Translations under genes and position numbers: made by a program
NCBI GenBank assembly: GCA_965220385.1
Contig: OZ244825.1
Location: 2,441,142-2,505,141 of the forward strand
Length of the DNA: 64,000 nucleotides
From: Candidatus Poribacteria bacterium
Lineage (GTDB): Bacteria > Poribacteria > WGA-4E > PCPOR2b
Direction: 5' to 3'
In this document: piece by piece, positions 1-9,890 of the stretch
How positions within the stretch are numbered: the stretch's first letter is position 1
Layout: every line of letters begins with the position of its first letter
The notes under the pieces: generated by a model
Told to the model about the DNA's origin: nothing
The model's input: the letters and a program-made list of their open reading frames with translations, nothing else
Databases searched by the model: none

Positions 1-1
1 T

Positions 2-280
2 GTTTTGCGCAAACATCCTAATGTCTACGCGGATGTCTCCGGTGGTGGGTGGGTCCGGCAGTGGCAGGGATGGGAGGGGTTGATTGGCATGGTCGAGTGG
101 GGTGTGACAGATAAACTCTTTTTTGGCTCTGATTTCCCGTTATGGACGCCGCAGGAGGGCATGGACGGGCTGCGCCGGTTGAACGATCAACTTGAAGGCA
201 CGAAGCTGCCGCGTATCCCGGAAGATGTGATTGAAGGGATTATCCACCGCGACTCACTGGCGCTTCTTGGGTTGGATTGA
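2..280 (+). CDS. amidohydrolase-family (TIM-barrel metal-dependent hydrolase) protein, C-terminal fragment; the 5' end lies outside the window
   Basis: The reading frame is open from base 2. The C-terminal motif FGSDFPLW is typical of amidohydrolase-2 proteins. There is no upstream start inside the window. Confidence 0.5.
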   Translation, partial: VLRKHPNVYADVSGGGWVRQWQGWEGLIGMVEWGVTDKLFFGSDFPLWTPQEGMDGLRRLNDQLEGTKLPRIPEDVIEGIIHRDSLALLGLD

Positions 281-327
281 TCGGGCGGTAAATTTGCTGT
301 GCAGCACTGAAAAAGGAAACTTTTCAG

Positions 328-1512
328 ATGGAACGTATGCGCGTAACTGAAGTCAAAACCTTTCTCGTCGGTGGAAGCTGGCGCAACTGGCTCATTGTGA
401 AAATAGAGACAGATGCGGGCATCCACGGTGTTGGGGAAGCGACCCTTGAAGGCAAGTCGAAAACAGTCGAGGGCGCAGTGGTGGAATTGGCGCGCTATAT
501 GGTTGGACAGGACCCTTTTGCTATAGAAAGGCACTTTCAGGAGATGTATCGGCGTGCGTTCTACGCCGGCGGGGAGGTTTTGACCAGTGCAATTAGCGGT
601 GTCGAAACCGCCTTGTGGGATATCAAAGGCAAAGCGCTCGGTGTGCCGGTATACGAACTGCTCGGTGGTCGCACGCGTGACCGAATCAAGCTCTACGCGA
701 ACGCATGGTATAAGCAGGGCATGAGTCCCGAAGAATTTGAAACGGCGGCGAAAGAGATAGTAAAATTGGGCGCGAAGGGGTTGAAATTCAATCCCTGGGG
801 CGGACGTCCCGGTATCGACTTCTACCGATTGGACAACAACATCCTAAACACAGGAATCGATGCCGTGGCGGCGGTTCGAGATGCAGTAGGACCAGATATC
901 GACCTATACATCGATTGCAACGGGATATTTAACACCGCTGCCAATGCAGTCAGAGCTGCAAAAGGTGTCGAACGATACAACATCAGTTTCTTTGAAGAGC
1001 CCGTTCCCCACGAAAACCTTGACGCGATGGCTTATGTGCGAAGCAAAATAGACATTCCGGTAGCCACGGGTGAACGACTATTTACCATCTTCAGTTTTCA
1101 GCAGCTGCTTGAGCGGGGCGGTGCAGACATCGTTCAACCGGATATGTCGCACTGCGGTGGGATGCTTGAGGCGAGGAAGATTGCCGCAATCGCAGATTCG
1201 CATTACGCGGCGTTCGCACCCCACAACCCTAACGGGGAGGTCTCCTACGCTGCTTCCGTTCAGCTTGCTGCATGTGTTCCGAATTTTCTGGTATTAGAAC
1301 ATTTTCCACCTGAACCGTGGCGCTTTGATGTGTGCACAAATCCGATGGTGGTCGAGGATGGTTGGCTCCAAATCCCAGACCGCCCCGGCTTGGGCGTGGA
1401 ATTCAACGAGGAGGCTGCGCTTGCCCATCCCTATGAACCGGTTGACCTCTATAATCTACACCGTCCGGAGTTCCAACAGAAGACTCCAAGGTATACTGGT
1501 AAACTGCGGTAA
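328..1512 (+). CDS. enolase-superfamily dehydratase (mandelate racemase/muconate lactonizing family, D-galactonate/D-mannonate dehydratase-like)
   Basis: The 394-aa ORF has an N-terminal capping domain and a barrel with metal-ligand Asp/Glu positions (…IDCNG…, FFEEP, ATGER). A GGA-rich RBS lies upstream. Confidence 0.8.
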   Translation: MERMRVTEVKTFLVGGSWRNWLIVKIETDAGIHGVGEATLEGKSKTVEGAVVELARYMVGQDPFAIERHFQEMYRRAFYAGGEVLTSAISGVETALWDIKGKALGVPVYELLGGRTRDRIKLYANAWYKQGMSPEEFETAAKEIVKLGAKGLKFNPWGGRPGIDFYRLDNNILNTGIDAVAAVRDAVGPDIDLYIDCNGIFNTAANAVRAAKGVERYNISFFEEPVPHENLDAMAYVRSKIDIPVATGERLFTIFSFQQLLERGGADIVQPDMSHCGGMLEARKIAAIADSHYAAFAPHNPNGEVSYAASVQLAACVPNFLVLEHFPPEPWRFDVCTNPMVVEDGWLQIPDRPGLGVEFNEEAALAHPYEPVDLYNLHRPEFQQKTPRYTGKLR

Positions 1513-1598
1513 TATATCAAATTATAGCCCCGGTCAGATATTATCTACTTTCTGATAGTTGGGTTAGCTATATGAGAACTTAGAAGGATTTTCCCACT

Positions 1599-2372
1599 AT
1601 GCTTGATGTCGAACTTATCGATCCTGCTGAAGTTGAACGAGCAGCGGCTATCTTCCATCAAGATGGGTTCGTGCCCATCAAAGATGCGCTCAACCCTGAA
1701 CAGCTTGCATATGCCCAATCGGGAGCAACCCGCGTTATCACGCAACAGATGCGGGACATCCCACTTGAAGAGGCAAACCGGGGATATGCACGGTACTCCT
1801 TCGGACCGCAACTTCATCATCCGGAGTGGGTTCAACTTATTGACTTGCCAACCATTCTGCCGATAGTGGAGGCCATCTGGGAAAGTTCCGAGTACATCTG
1901 TTCTGGCGGTGGAGGTGACTACTCGACGCCCGGCGCGAAAGAGCAACACCTGCACGCCGATATCCGAGATGTTTTCAACGACCCATTGAATTCAGTGACA
2001 GTCCACGATGTGCCGACGCCGTATATTGTTGTAAATTTCCTGATGGTTGAGTTCAAGAAAATTAACGGTGCCATTCGGTTTGTACCGGGAACCCATCGCA
2101 CGCGTCAACCCGTTCCGACGACGGAGGAGGAACCTGACCGAATGAAGGAGTCGATTATCTGTGCGCCAGCCGGAACGGCGCTTATCCGGGATGTACGCTG
2201 CTGGCACGGCGGCACCGCCAATAATTCCGATGAGATTCGACCGATGACCAGTGTTGGGTATTTCGCACCTTGGTTCCGTTTGCCCAATCTAGAGCCCTCG
2301 CTCCCGCGTCCACTCTATGAAACACTATCCCCGCGTGGCAAGGAACTGGCTCGCTATATTGTTCAACCGTGA
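1599..2372 (+). CDS. phytanoyl-CoA dioxygenase (PhyH) family Fe(II)/2-oxoglutarate dioxygenase
   Basis: The 257-aa ORF has an HxD…H facial triad context (HLHADIRD, FVPGTHR) typical of the PhyH family. An AAGGA RBS is present. Confidence 0.75.
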   Translation: MLDVELIDPAEVERAAAIFHQDGFVPIKDALNPEQLAYAQSGATRVITQQMRDIPLEEANRGYARYSFGPQLHHPEWVQLIDLPTILPIVEAIWESSEYICSGGGGDYSTPGAKEQHLHADIRDVFNDPLNSVTVHDVPTPYIVVNFLMVEFKKINGAIRFVPGTHRTRQPVPTTEEEPDRMKESIICAPAGTALIRDVRCWHGGTANNSDEIRPMTSVGYFAPWFRLPNLEPSLPRPLYETLSPRGKELARYIVQP

Positions 2373-2437
2373 TGGGTTTCTGCTGTTGATCCCAATTCTG
2401 CTTTATTTTTAGACAATCCAAAAAAGGAGATGGACCG

Positions 2438-3487
2438 ATGGATGCTCTCGATCTACGTCAACTGCCCGCTGCCTCTGAAGTTTATCTCTGCCATGACGAA
2501 GGCTATTTTCCTGTCATTATCAGTCCACAGGATGAAGAAATCCTTGCAATTCTGCGGGGTGGCGCGGGACATGTGGGCATCACTGGACGGCTGGATGCAG
2601 TACGCTCTCTGGATGGCGGTAAAACGTGGGAAGCACCGATTGTTATCGTGGATACCGAGGTGGATGACCGAAATCCGGCAGTGGGACAAGCTCCCGATGG
2701 AACTGTTGTGCTCGCCTACCATGCACAAGGCTCTTACAACGAAGATGGGAGTTGGGCGAGCGACTTACGTCGCGTTCAGATGCGGGTCACGCGATCTCAT
2801 GATGGTGGCGCGACATGGGAAGCATCTCAGCCGCTCAACTACACACCGATGGAAAAACACTCTGCTTATGGGCGCATCTGTACCCTAACTGATGGAACAA
2901 TGCTTATGCCGATCTATGGGAGTGCTATCCAAGAGGCTGAGCGGACGGACGACTGCGCTTACATCCTGCGCTCACGCGACAACGGCCAAACGTGGGACGC
3001 CCCCACTCTGATCGCTGTAGGTTACAACGAAACAGGACTTATCTCGTTGCCTAACGGTGATTTGGTGGTTGCCATGCGCTCTGGCGATCAACGTGCTTTC
3101 TTAGCGACATCTCGCTCTGTTGATGGTGGGGAGACATGGACCGAGCCAACCCCTGTTACTACTGACCGTGAGCACCCTGCCGACTTGACGCTGCTTTCCA
3201 ACGGATGGGTTATCCTATTCTTCGGTGTGCGGCATGAGCCTTTTGGTGTACAGGCGCTTGTCAGCAAGGATAATGGGCAGACTTGGGATGAACGGCGGCT
3301 GATTGTGTGTGACGATCTTGGTGATAACGACTTGGGTTATCCTTCCACAGTCAAGATAGGTGATCAACTCGTAACGGTGTACTACAGCGCACCGCGAAAG
3401 TGGAATGCGCCCGATTTTCGTGGCGAAGGTACTTTCGCTCGTGGGCTACTTTACAGCGAAAGTGCGTTGTTGGCAGCGGTTATGTGA
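2438..3487 (+). CDS. BNR/Asp-box repeat protein, sialidase-like (GH33-like beta-propeller)
   Basis: Four or more Asp-box motifs of the form SxDxGxTW are present (SHDGGATWE, SRDNGQTWD, SVDGGETWT, SKDNGQTWD). The RBS is GGAG. No signal peptide is seen. Confidence 0.75.
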   Translation: MDALDLRQLPAASEVYLCHDEGYFPVIISPQDEEILAILRGGAGHVGITGRLDAVRSLDGGKTWEAPIVIVDTEVDDRNPAVGQAPDGTVVLAYHAQGSYNEDGSWASDLRRVQMRVTRSHDGGATWEASQPLNYTPMEKHSAYGRICTLTDGTMLMPIYGSAIQEAERTDDCAYILRSRDNGQTWDAPTLIAVGYNETGLISLPNGDLVVAMRSGDQRAFLATSRSVDGGETWTEPTPVTTDREHPADLTLLSNGWVILFFGVRHEPFGVQALVSKDNGQTWDERRLIVCDDLGDNDLGYPSTVKIGDQLVTVYYSAPRKWNAPDFRGEGTFARGLLYSESALLAAVM

Positions 3488-3538
3488 AACGTGATATGCT
3501 TTTCGCCCTGTTAAAGATAAAGCGAGGAGGGGTGCGAT

Positions 3539-5596
3539 ATGAAAGACAAAAATAAAACCAAAGCACAACTCATTGAGGAACTGGTAGAGATGCGTCAGCA
3601 TGTTGCCGAATTAGAACAGATGGGGGCACAGTATAAGGGCACTTTGGAGAGTCTGGAACAGTCAGGCAGAACCTACTACGATCTCTACGATAACGCTCCC
3701 GATATGTTCGTCTTTGTAGACGCCAAGACAACTAACGTTATTCGATGCAATCAAACAGTAGTCCAGACGCTGGGTTACAGTAGAGAAGATATCATCGGTC
3801 ATTCTATTTTTGAAAGATATCATCCAGACTGTATCGAGGATGCTCACAGGGTATTCCAATCCTTTGTCGATACTGGTGAAGTCCGTGGTGCTGAACTTGT
3901 GTTGCAGCGGAAAGATGGGACCAAAATCGATGTGAGCTTGAACGTTTCATCAATTCGTGATGAAGAGGGAAATGTCCTTTACGGCAGGTCTGTCTGGCGT
4001 GACATCACCCGGCGTAAACGATCGGAGAAGGCACTCCGGCGGAGCGAAACGCGATACCGTACCCTGTTTGGGGAGTCCAGAGATGCTGTTTATATGAACA
4101 CCCGCGATGGCAAAATCCTTGACGTCAATCAAGCGAGCGTGGATCTGCTCGGTTTTTCCCGTGACGAATTAATCGGAATGAATGTCCGTAAACTGTACGT
4201 CTTCCCTGAGAATCGGAGTGTGTTTCAGCGGGAGATTGAGCAAAAGGGCTCCGTACGAGATTATGAATTAAAATTCCGGAGAAAGGACGGCGCACAGATA
4301 GACTGCTTGGTTACTTCAACGGTGCGTCGTGGTCCCGACGGAACGGTGTTAGGATACCAAGGCATTATTCGCGACATCACCGAGCAGATGAAAGCGGAAA
4401 AAGCACTCCATGAGAGTGAGCGGCGATTCCGTCAACTGGCGGAAAATCTGCGCGAGGTCTTCTGGCTCAGCTCCCTTGATGGAAGCCAAATCTACTTCAT
4501 CAATCCTGCGTATGAAGATATTTGGGGGCGTAGTCGTGAGAGTCTGATAGCGCAGCCAGAAACTTGGCTCAATGCTGTCCACCCGGAGGATCGGGAAGAG
4601 GTACTTGCCAATTTCGGAAAACAGAGCCGCGGCGAATTTGTCGAATACGAGTATCGGATTATGCGCCCTGATGGCGAAATTCGCTGGATAGAAGCCCATG
4701 TCTTTCCGGTCCGAAATCAAGAGGGAGAAATCTATCGATGTGCGGGGAGCGCGCAGGAGATCACCAAACGCAAACGGGCGGAAGCGCTCGCGGAATCGCA
4801 GCAGCAACAATTGATTCAGGCGGACAAAATGGCGTCGCTTGGTATCTTGGTGTCCGGAGTAGCGCACGAAATCAATAACCCAAATAATTTCATTATGCTC
4901 AACGGAGAAATCCTCTCCATGGCTTGGCAAAATGTCATGCCGATCCTCCAAAAATACTATGAAGAGAATGGCGATTTTCTTTTGGCAGGCATGCCTTACA
5001 CTCGGGCACACGAGAAAATCGGCCAACTGATTTCAGGAATATCAGAGGGCGCCACGCGTATCGGCAAAATTGTCGAGGCACTGGGCGGTTTTGCACGGCA
5101 GGACGCGGGCGATTTGAATCAATCTGTTGATCCTAACGCAGTCGTCGAATCTGCGATGGTTATTGTAAACAACCTAATTAAGAAATCCACACATAGTCCG
5201 GTCGTGGAGCTGGAAGAAAACCTGCCCACAATTCAGGGTAATCCACAGCAGCTTGAGCAGGTTATCATCAATTTAATTACCAATGCATGCCAAGCTCTCC
5301 GATCCCCTGAAAAATCCCTGTATGTTTCTACAGCGTACAATGAAACGTCGGATCTGATCACCATCAGAGTGCGAGATGAGGGCGAAGGGATTCCTCCCGA
5401 AAATTTGAACCATATCATCGAGCCCTTCTTCACTACCAAGCGTGACGCCGGCGGCACAGGCTTAGGCCTGTCAGTTTCTTATAACATTGTGAAGAATCAT
5501 GGCGGACATTTGCACTTTACTTCAAGATTTGGGATAGGTACAACTGCAACCGTCATGCTACCTGTTTCTCGTCGAAATGTGCTCGATTCGAAGTAA
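3539..5596 (+). CDS. cytoplasmic multi-PAS sensor histidine kinase (HisKA + HATPase_c)
   Basis: The 685-aa ORF has an N-terminal coiled coil, three PAS-like blocks, an H-box (HEINNP), and N, G1 and G2 boxes (GGTGLGL). No TM segments are seen. The RBS is strong (GAGGAGG). Confidence 0.85.
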   Translation: MKDKNKTKAQLIEELVEMRQHVAELEQMGAQYKGTLESLEQSGRTYYDLYDNAPDMFVFVDAKTTNVIRCNQTVVQTLGYSREDIIGHSIFERYHPDCIEDAHRVFQSFVDTGEVRGAELVLQRKDGTKIDVSLNVSSIRDEEGNVLYGRSVWRDITRRKRSEKALRRSETRYRTLFGESRDAVYMNTRDGKILDVNQASVDLLGFSRDELIGMNVRKLYVFPENRSVFQREIEQKGSVRDYELKFRRKDGAQIDCLVTSTVRRGPDGTVLGYQGIIRDITEQMKAEKALHESERRFRQLAENLREVFWLSSLDGSQIYFINPAYEDIWGRSRESLIAQPETWLNAVHPEDREEVLANFGKQSRGEFVEYEYRIMRPDGEIRWIEAHVFPVRNQEGEIYRCAGSAQEITKRKRAEALAESQQQQLIQADKMASLGILVSGVAHEINNPNNFIMLNGEILSMAWQNVMPILQKYYEENGDFLLAGMPYTRAHEKIGQLISGISEGATRIGKIVEALGGFARQDAGDLNQSVDPNAVVESAMVIVNNLIKKSTHSPVVELEENLPTIQGNPQQLEQVIINLITNACQALRSPEKSLYVSTAYNETSDLITIRVRDEGEGIPPENLNHIIEPFFTTKRDAGGTGLGLSVSYNIVKNHGGHLHFTSRFGIGTTATVMLPVSRRNVLDSK

Positions 5597-5692
5597 ATGT
5601 GTATCTGGGAGACGGTACTAAGGACATGATTTATCGCCAAATGGGCAATCAATCACCGAAATCGGTTTTACTGTTAGAATGGAGGTGAGCGT

Positions 5693-7135
5693 ATGGATTC
5701 GACTGCTTTTCCTGCTCTCCCTGTTTTACTGGTAGATGACGAGCCTCAGTTCCTGTTTAGTGCCAGTTTAAGTCTAAATTCTGAGGGAATCGATAACGTC
5801 GTACAATGCCAAGATAGCCGTGACGTGATGTCTATTCTTACCGATCAGGACTTCTCCGTCGTTGTGCTCGATATGTTGATGCCTCATTTATCAGGTTGGG
5901 ATCTGCTTCCCACGATTGTAAGAGATTTTCCAGACATCCCGGTAATTATTATCACGGCGATCAATGAGGTCAAAACAGCAGTTGATTGTATGAAAGAAGG
6001 CACTTTCGATTACTTAGTAAAACCGGTGGACAAAGTGCGGTTAGTGACGACAGTCCGCCGGGCGATAGAGGTTCGCGAGTTGCGCGATGAGAACACACGA
6101 CTCAAAGACTACCTGCTTTCCGATAAGCTGGAGCAGCCCGATGCGTTTTCCGAGATTATCACTCACAACCCTGTCATGCGATCTATCTTCCAATATATCG
6201 AAGCGGTTGCCGAAAATGCGCTGCCAGTCCTGATTACTGGCGAGACGGGTGTAGGCAAAGAGTTAGTTGCCCAAGCGCTTCACCGACTCGGTGGACGGAC
6301 GGGTGAGTTGATTACAGTCAATGTGGCGGGATTGGCTGATCACCTATTTGCCGATACCCTCTTTGGACATAAGAAGGGGGCTTTTACTGGGGCGGATACA
6401 GCGCGTAGCGGGTTGGTTGAACGGGCGTCGGGAGGCACACTGTTTCTGGATGAAATTGGGGATCTCAGCATGGAGTCCCAAGTCAAGCTGCTGCGCCTTG
6501 TGCAAGAAGGGAAGTACTATCCGTTGGGCGATGATGTTCCGAAGTTGACCGATGCCAGAATTATCGTAGCAACGAACCGGGACCTTGAGTCCCTAATGAA
6601 GGTGGAAACATTCCGCAGAGATCTGTTTTATCGGCTTCAAACACATCATATTCATGTGCCCCCGCTTCGCAATCGACGGGACGACTTGCCCTTGCTGGTC
6701 GAACACTTTCTCGATAAGGCGGCGGCGCAGCTCAATAAGAAGAAACCGATAGCTCCCTCCGAATTGCTTACGCTGCTTGGCGTGTATCACTTCCCGGGAA
6801 ATGTTCGAGAGCTGGAGAGTATGATCTTTGACGCTGTCAGTAGGCATAGGCGTGGTGTGCTATCTATGAAATCCTTCAAAGCCAAGATCGGTAATCAAGA
6901 TTTGCCAAGTCAAGAGCCCGAAACGGGGAATGGTCGGGACAACCCACTTCCGTTCACAGATCTGCTGCCAGCTTTAGATCAACTGCCCGCGTTGAAAGAC
7001 GCTGAATCGATGCTGATCACGGAAGCACTCAAGCGTTCTGACGGGAACCAGACCATTGCCGCTCAGCTTTTGGGGATGTCGAGGCAGGCGTTGCACAACC
7101 GTTTGAGCCGCGCTCGCAGGTCTATGGCAAAATGA
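5693..7135 (+). CDS. sigma-54-dependent Fis-family response regulator (NtrC-type)
   Basis: There is a receiver domain with the phospho-acceptor Asp (VLDMLMP), an AAA+ sigma54-interaction domain (GETGVGKE, GAFTGA motif), and a C-terminal Fis-type HTH. The RBS is GGAGGTGA. Confidence 0.85.
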   Translation: MDSTAFPALPVLLVDDEPQFLFSASLSLNSEGIDNVVQCQDSRDVMSILTDQDFSVVVLDMLMPHLSGWDLLPTIVRDFPDIPVIIITAINEVKTAVDCMKEGTFDYLVKPVDKVRLVTTVRRAIEVRELRDENTRLKDYLLSDKLEQPDAFSEIITHNPVMRSIFQYIEAVAENALPVLITGETGVGKELVAQALHRLGGRTGELITVNVAGLADHLFADTLFGHKKGAFTGADTARSGLVERASGGTLFLDEIGDLSMESQVKLLRLVQEGKYYPLGDDVPKLTDARIIVATNRDLESLMKVETFRRDLFYRLQTHHIHVPPLRNRRDDLPLLVEHFLDKAAAQLNKKKPIAPSELLTLLGVYHFPGNVRELESMIFDAVSRHRRGVLSMKSFKAKIGNQDLPSQEPETGNGRDNPLPFTDLLPALDQLPALKDAESMLITEALKRSDGNQTIAAQLLGMSRQALHNRLSRARRSMAK

Positions 7136-7192
7136 GGTCAGTCATCAACAAATTTCATGGCGGTGGAGTGTGATGACCAATCCTGATGCTTA

Positions 7193-8779
7193 CTATCCCA
7201 CATTTATGACCAACACACATGGACTCGATTTGTCCTCGAACGGGTTCTCGATAAGTGTATTCCATCCGCTCGGTGTAACGTCTGCCGGAACTCGTTCGCC
7301 ACTGTAAATATCCATCCATTCCCCGGCAACCCCCACCTCCGCAGATTCTAATCGTCCGACCTCGTCTTTTCTGTAGGGCAGTGCGGTCAAGTCAAGTTGT
7401 GTGTCTCCACCGTCTGGAAGATAGACCAGATACACCCCGCCCGGTTTTGCCAAACAGTATCCGTTGTCGACTAACTCGTTCATCGCTTCCATTTTGTTAA
7501 ATGGAATCTGGTCGAGCAGGTCTTTGAGGTATTGGTATCGTCTCCACCCTTCAGGTTCCGGTTCAAACTTTATCAGATCCCATGAGGTGTTTGAGTAATA
7601 ATAGCACGGATACGCACCGGCGAAGTAGAGGGCGTATGTCCATTTCAGTACATCCTGCCACGGTGCTGTTGTGCGGCTTCGATAGGTTTTCAAGTCTTCT
7701 GCACCGAGTTCATATCCATATTCGATGTTGAGATACGGTTTTGGTCGAGTGCGTAGCCGACAGATCGCTTCGCGATTGTAAGCACCAACATCAGAAAGAT
7801 GGATCTGATCTGAACAGAAATCGGAGGCGTCGTCTGACTCCGAATATCGCGCCATACTACCTCCCTCCGAATCGTGCACCGTGACCAGGTGATCATAGGC
7901 GTCCGATTGCCGAATCAGGTTGATACGATTGAGAATGTAATCGTGACCACCCGCCTCGCGAACCAAATTACGGCTTTCCTTACCGACATCCCATATAACG
8001 TTGCCGTAGGCCTGATACCGTGCCACCACGTACCGCCAGTACAGATCGTCCTCTGGTGAAAGACGTTTGGGCCAATTCACATGCTTATTCTGTACCTGTA
8101 TCATCAGATGGGCGACAATCCCCTTTTCGTGTAACATTTGTATCAACTGATCATAATCCTTGAAAAAGTCGATGTTCAGAACGCTATGGTCGGGATTGTC
8201 GTTGTTTCCACCAAAAACATAGTGCTGTGAAGGGCTATAGATGGTCCCGGGTATAACTTTTCCCTCAAACCTTGATAGCGAAGATGAAAAGCCAGCGTGC
8301 GCATAGATATTCATCACGATATCGTTGAAGCCTCGGCTATGAATCAACTCCACATCTTCACGACATCGTTTTGGATCTGCTTGGTGATAACTGGACAACC
8401 AATCGCACTCAAAACCGAGAATGACAAAGGGCGTACCGTCCTCCCAGGCGAACCGTTGCGGTTGGTTCGGATCAATCTGAATCCTGCCGTGGGCATTTGG
8501 ATTATCGTTTTTCACGCATACCAGTTCATCTAACTCAACGCCAGACAGGGCTGCATCCGTTGAGGTGGTTCGTCCTGTCCATCCGCCAGTAAGAGTGGGG
8601 CTAAACCGAATCACCCATTCATCGTTCCCGTTGTAAAATCCGGGTAGGCCTTCAACGGTTTGTCCGGATTCGTGTTGAAACGTGGCAGATAGATCGACCA
8701 TAAATGGATTCTCGTGCACGGTATCACTATGAAGCGAGAAATCGTGCGAGTTGTGCTGAGCTACTGTTATCTGAGCCAT
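7193..8779 (-). CDS. putative glycoside hydrolase (DUF5060 N-terminal domain + DUF4038/GH5-like TIM barrel)
   Basis: The 528-aa ORF has an N-terminal beta-sandwich-like region followed by a TIM-barrel-like region rich in aromatic and acidic residues. The assignment is by recalled family resemblance only. Confidence 0.45.
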   Translation of the reverse strand: MAQITVAQHNSHDFSLHSDTVHENPFMVDLSATFQHESGQTVEGLPGFYNGNDEWVIRFSPTLTGGWTGRTTSTDAALSGVELDELVCVKNDNPNAHGRIQIDPNQPQRFAWEDGTPFVILGFECDWLSSYHQADPKRCREDVELIHSRGFNDIVMNIYAHAGFSSSLSRFEGKVIPGTIYSPSQHYVFGGNNDNPDHSVLNIDFFKDYDQLIQMLHEKGIVAHLMIQVQNKHVNWPKRLSPEDDLYWRYVVARYQAYGNVIWDVGKESRNLVREAGGHDYILNRINLIRQSDAYDHLVTVHDSEGGSMARYSESDDASDFCSDQIHLSDVGAYNREAICRLRTRPKPYLNIEYGYELGAEDLKTYRSRTTAPWQDVLKWTYALYFAGAYPCYYYSNTSWDLIKFEPEPEGWRRYQYLKDLLDQIPFNKMEAMNELVDNGYCLAKPGGVYLVYLPDGGDTQLDLTALPYRKDEVGRLESAEVGVAGEWMDIYSGERVPADVTPSGWNTLIENPFEDKSSPCVLVINVG

Positions 8780-8878
8780 ACCAAATACATCTCCATTTCC
8801 ATGTCATTCTGATCCTCTAACACTGGCAGGTTCTCCCACCGAAGCGGCTGCAACTGCCTTTTCTCTTTTCGTTAAATT

Positions 8879-9697
8879 CTAATCCCCATCATAGTCATGG
8901 TTATCCTCTGCTCGGTCCTGCGGTACATATCCTACCTTTCGACGCGCGTTTTCGATGTCCACCCATCGCAAATCGTTGTTTGACATACCGTAGAAAATCT
9001 CAAATCGTAAACTATCATCCGCATTGATGCACCGCTCGATAATCTGGACAATGTCCCGCTGGCTGACGTAGATGTCCGCCCCCTGTGGTGGGCGGGGACG
9101 GTCGCGTTCGACTTGACCGATACGGACGCAGATACACGACATATCGTATTGATGCGCGTAGGTACGCGCCAAAGACTCCGTCCAAACTTTCGTTGAACCG
9201 TAGATACCTCTCGGCTCTGCGGGTATATCCGGCGTAATCATCTGGGGGGCGTCAGGTATGTCGGCGCGCCGCCGTTCCATCATCGCTCTGTACGGCTCGC
9301 TCTCGCGATGACCTTGGGAGACCATAATACTGCTGGCAGCGACGACTCGCCGGACCCCCGCCTCCCGACACGCCTCAAACACGTTATAAGTCCCGATGAT
9401 GTTGTTGTTCAGCAGGCTCTCCCAATCTCCACTGCCCGGATCGGCGGCGAGATGCGCAACGACCTCGATGCCTTCAACAGCCTGTCGGACCTGTTCAAAA
9501 TCGGAAATGTCGCACAACTGAAATCTATCGTCGGGAATCTCCAGTCCCCATGATCTGGGAACCCGTTCAGACGGCTCACGTTTCCGATCAACAGCATAGG
9601 CATCGTATTTGTCCGGTTGTTCAAGCAGTCGTTTATATGTCATGTAGCCGATCTGTCCGGTTGCACCGGTGACCAGCACTTTCTTCAGTGAACTCAT
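8879..9697 (-). CDS. NAD-dependent epimerase/dehydratase-family SDR, uronate dehydrogenase (Udh)-like
   Basis: A Rossmann motif VLVTGATGQIG sits at residue 7 when the first ATG at 9697 is used; the ORF-track start at 9736 is a TTG. The protein has a YxxxK and shows block resemblance to Udh (NIIGTYNVFEA, VRIGQV). Confidence 0.6.
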   Translation of the reverse strand: MSSLKKVLVTGATGQIGYMTYKRLLEQPDKYDAYAVDRKREPSERVPRSWGLEIPDDRFQLCDISDFEQVRQAVEGIEVVAHLAADPGSGDWESLLNNNIIGTYNVFEACREAGVRRVVAASSIMVSQGHRESEPYRAMMERRRADIPDAPQMITPDIPAEPRGIYGSTKVWTESLARTYAHQYDMSCICVRIGQVERDRPRPPQGADIYVSQRDIVQIIERCINADDSLRFEIFYGMSNNDLRWVDIENARRKVGYVPQDRAEDNHDYDGD

Positions 9698-9890
9698 AAT
9701 ATTTGTGTTTTCTTTTTGTTTGCGCTGATTCAACAACTTTGGGGTGGTTGCTAATTGCCGCTGGCAAAAGCAACCGCTTTTGTCTCTCAGTTAATCTATC
9801 ATATCAATTGAGGTTGGATTAATCTGCATCCCGTTCTGGCAAAAGTGGCATGACGGGAAGAACATTAGATACGCGTGTTCTGTACCGCGG

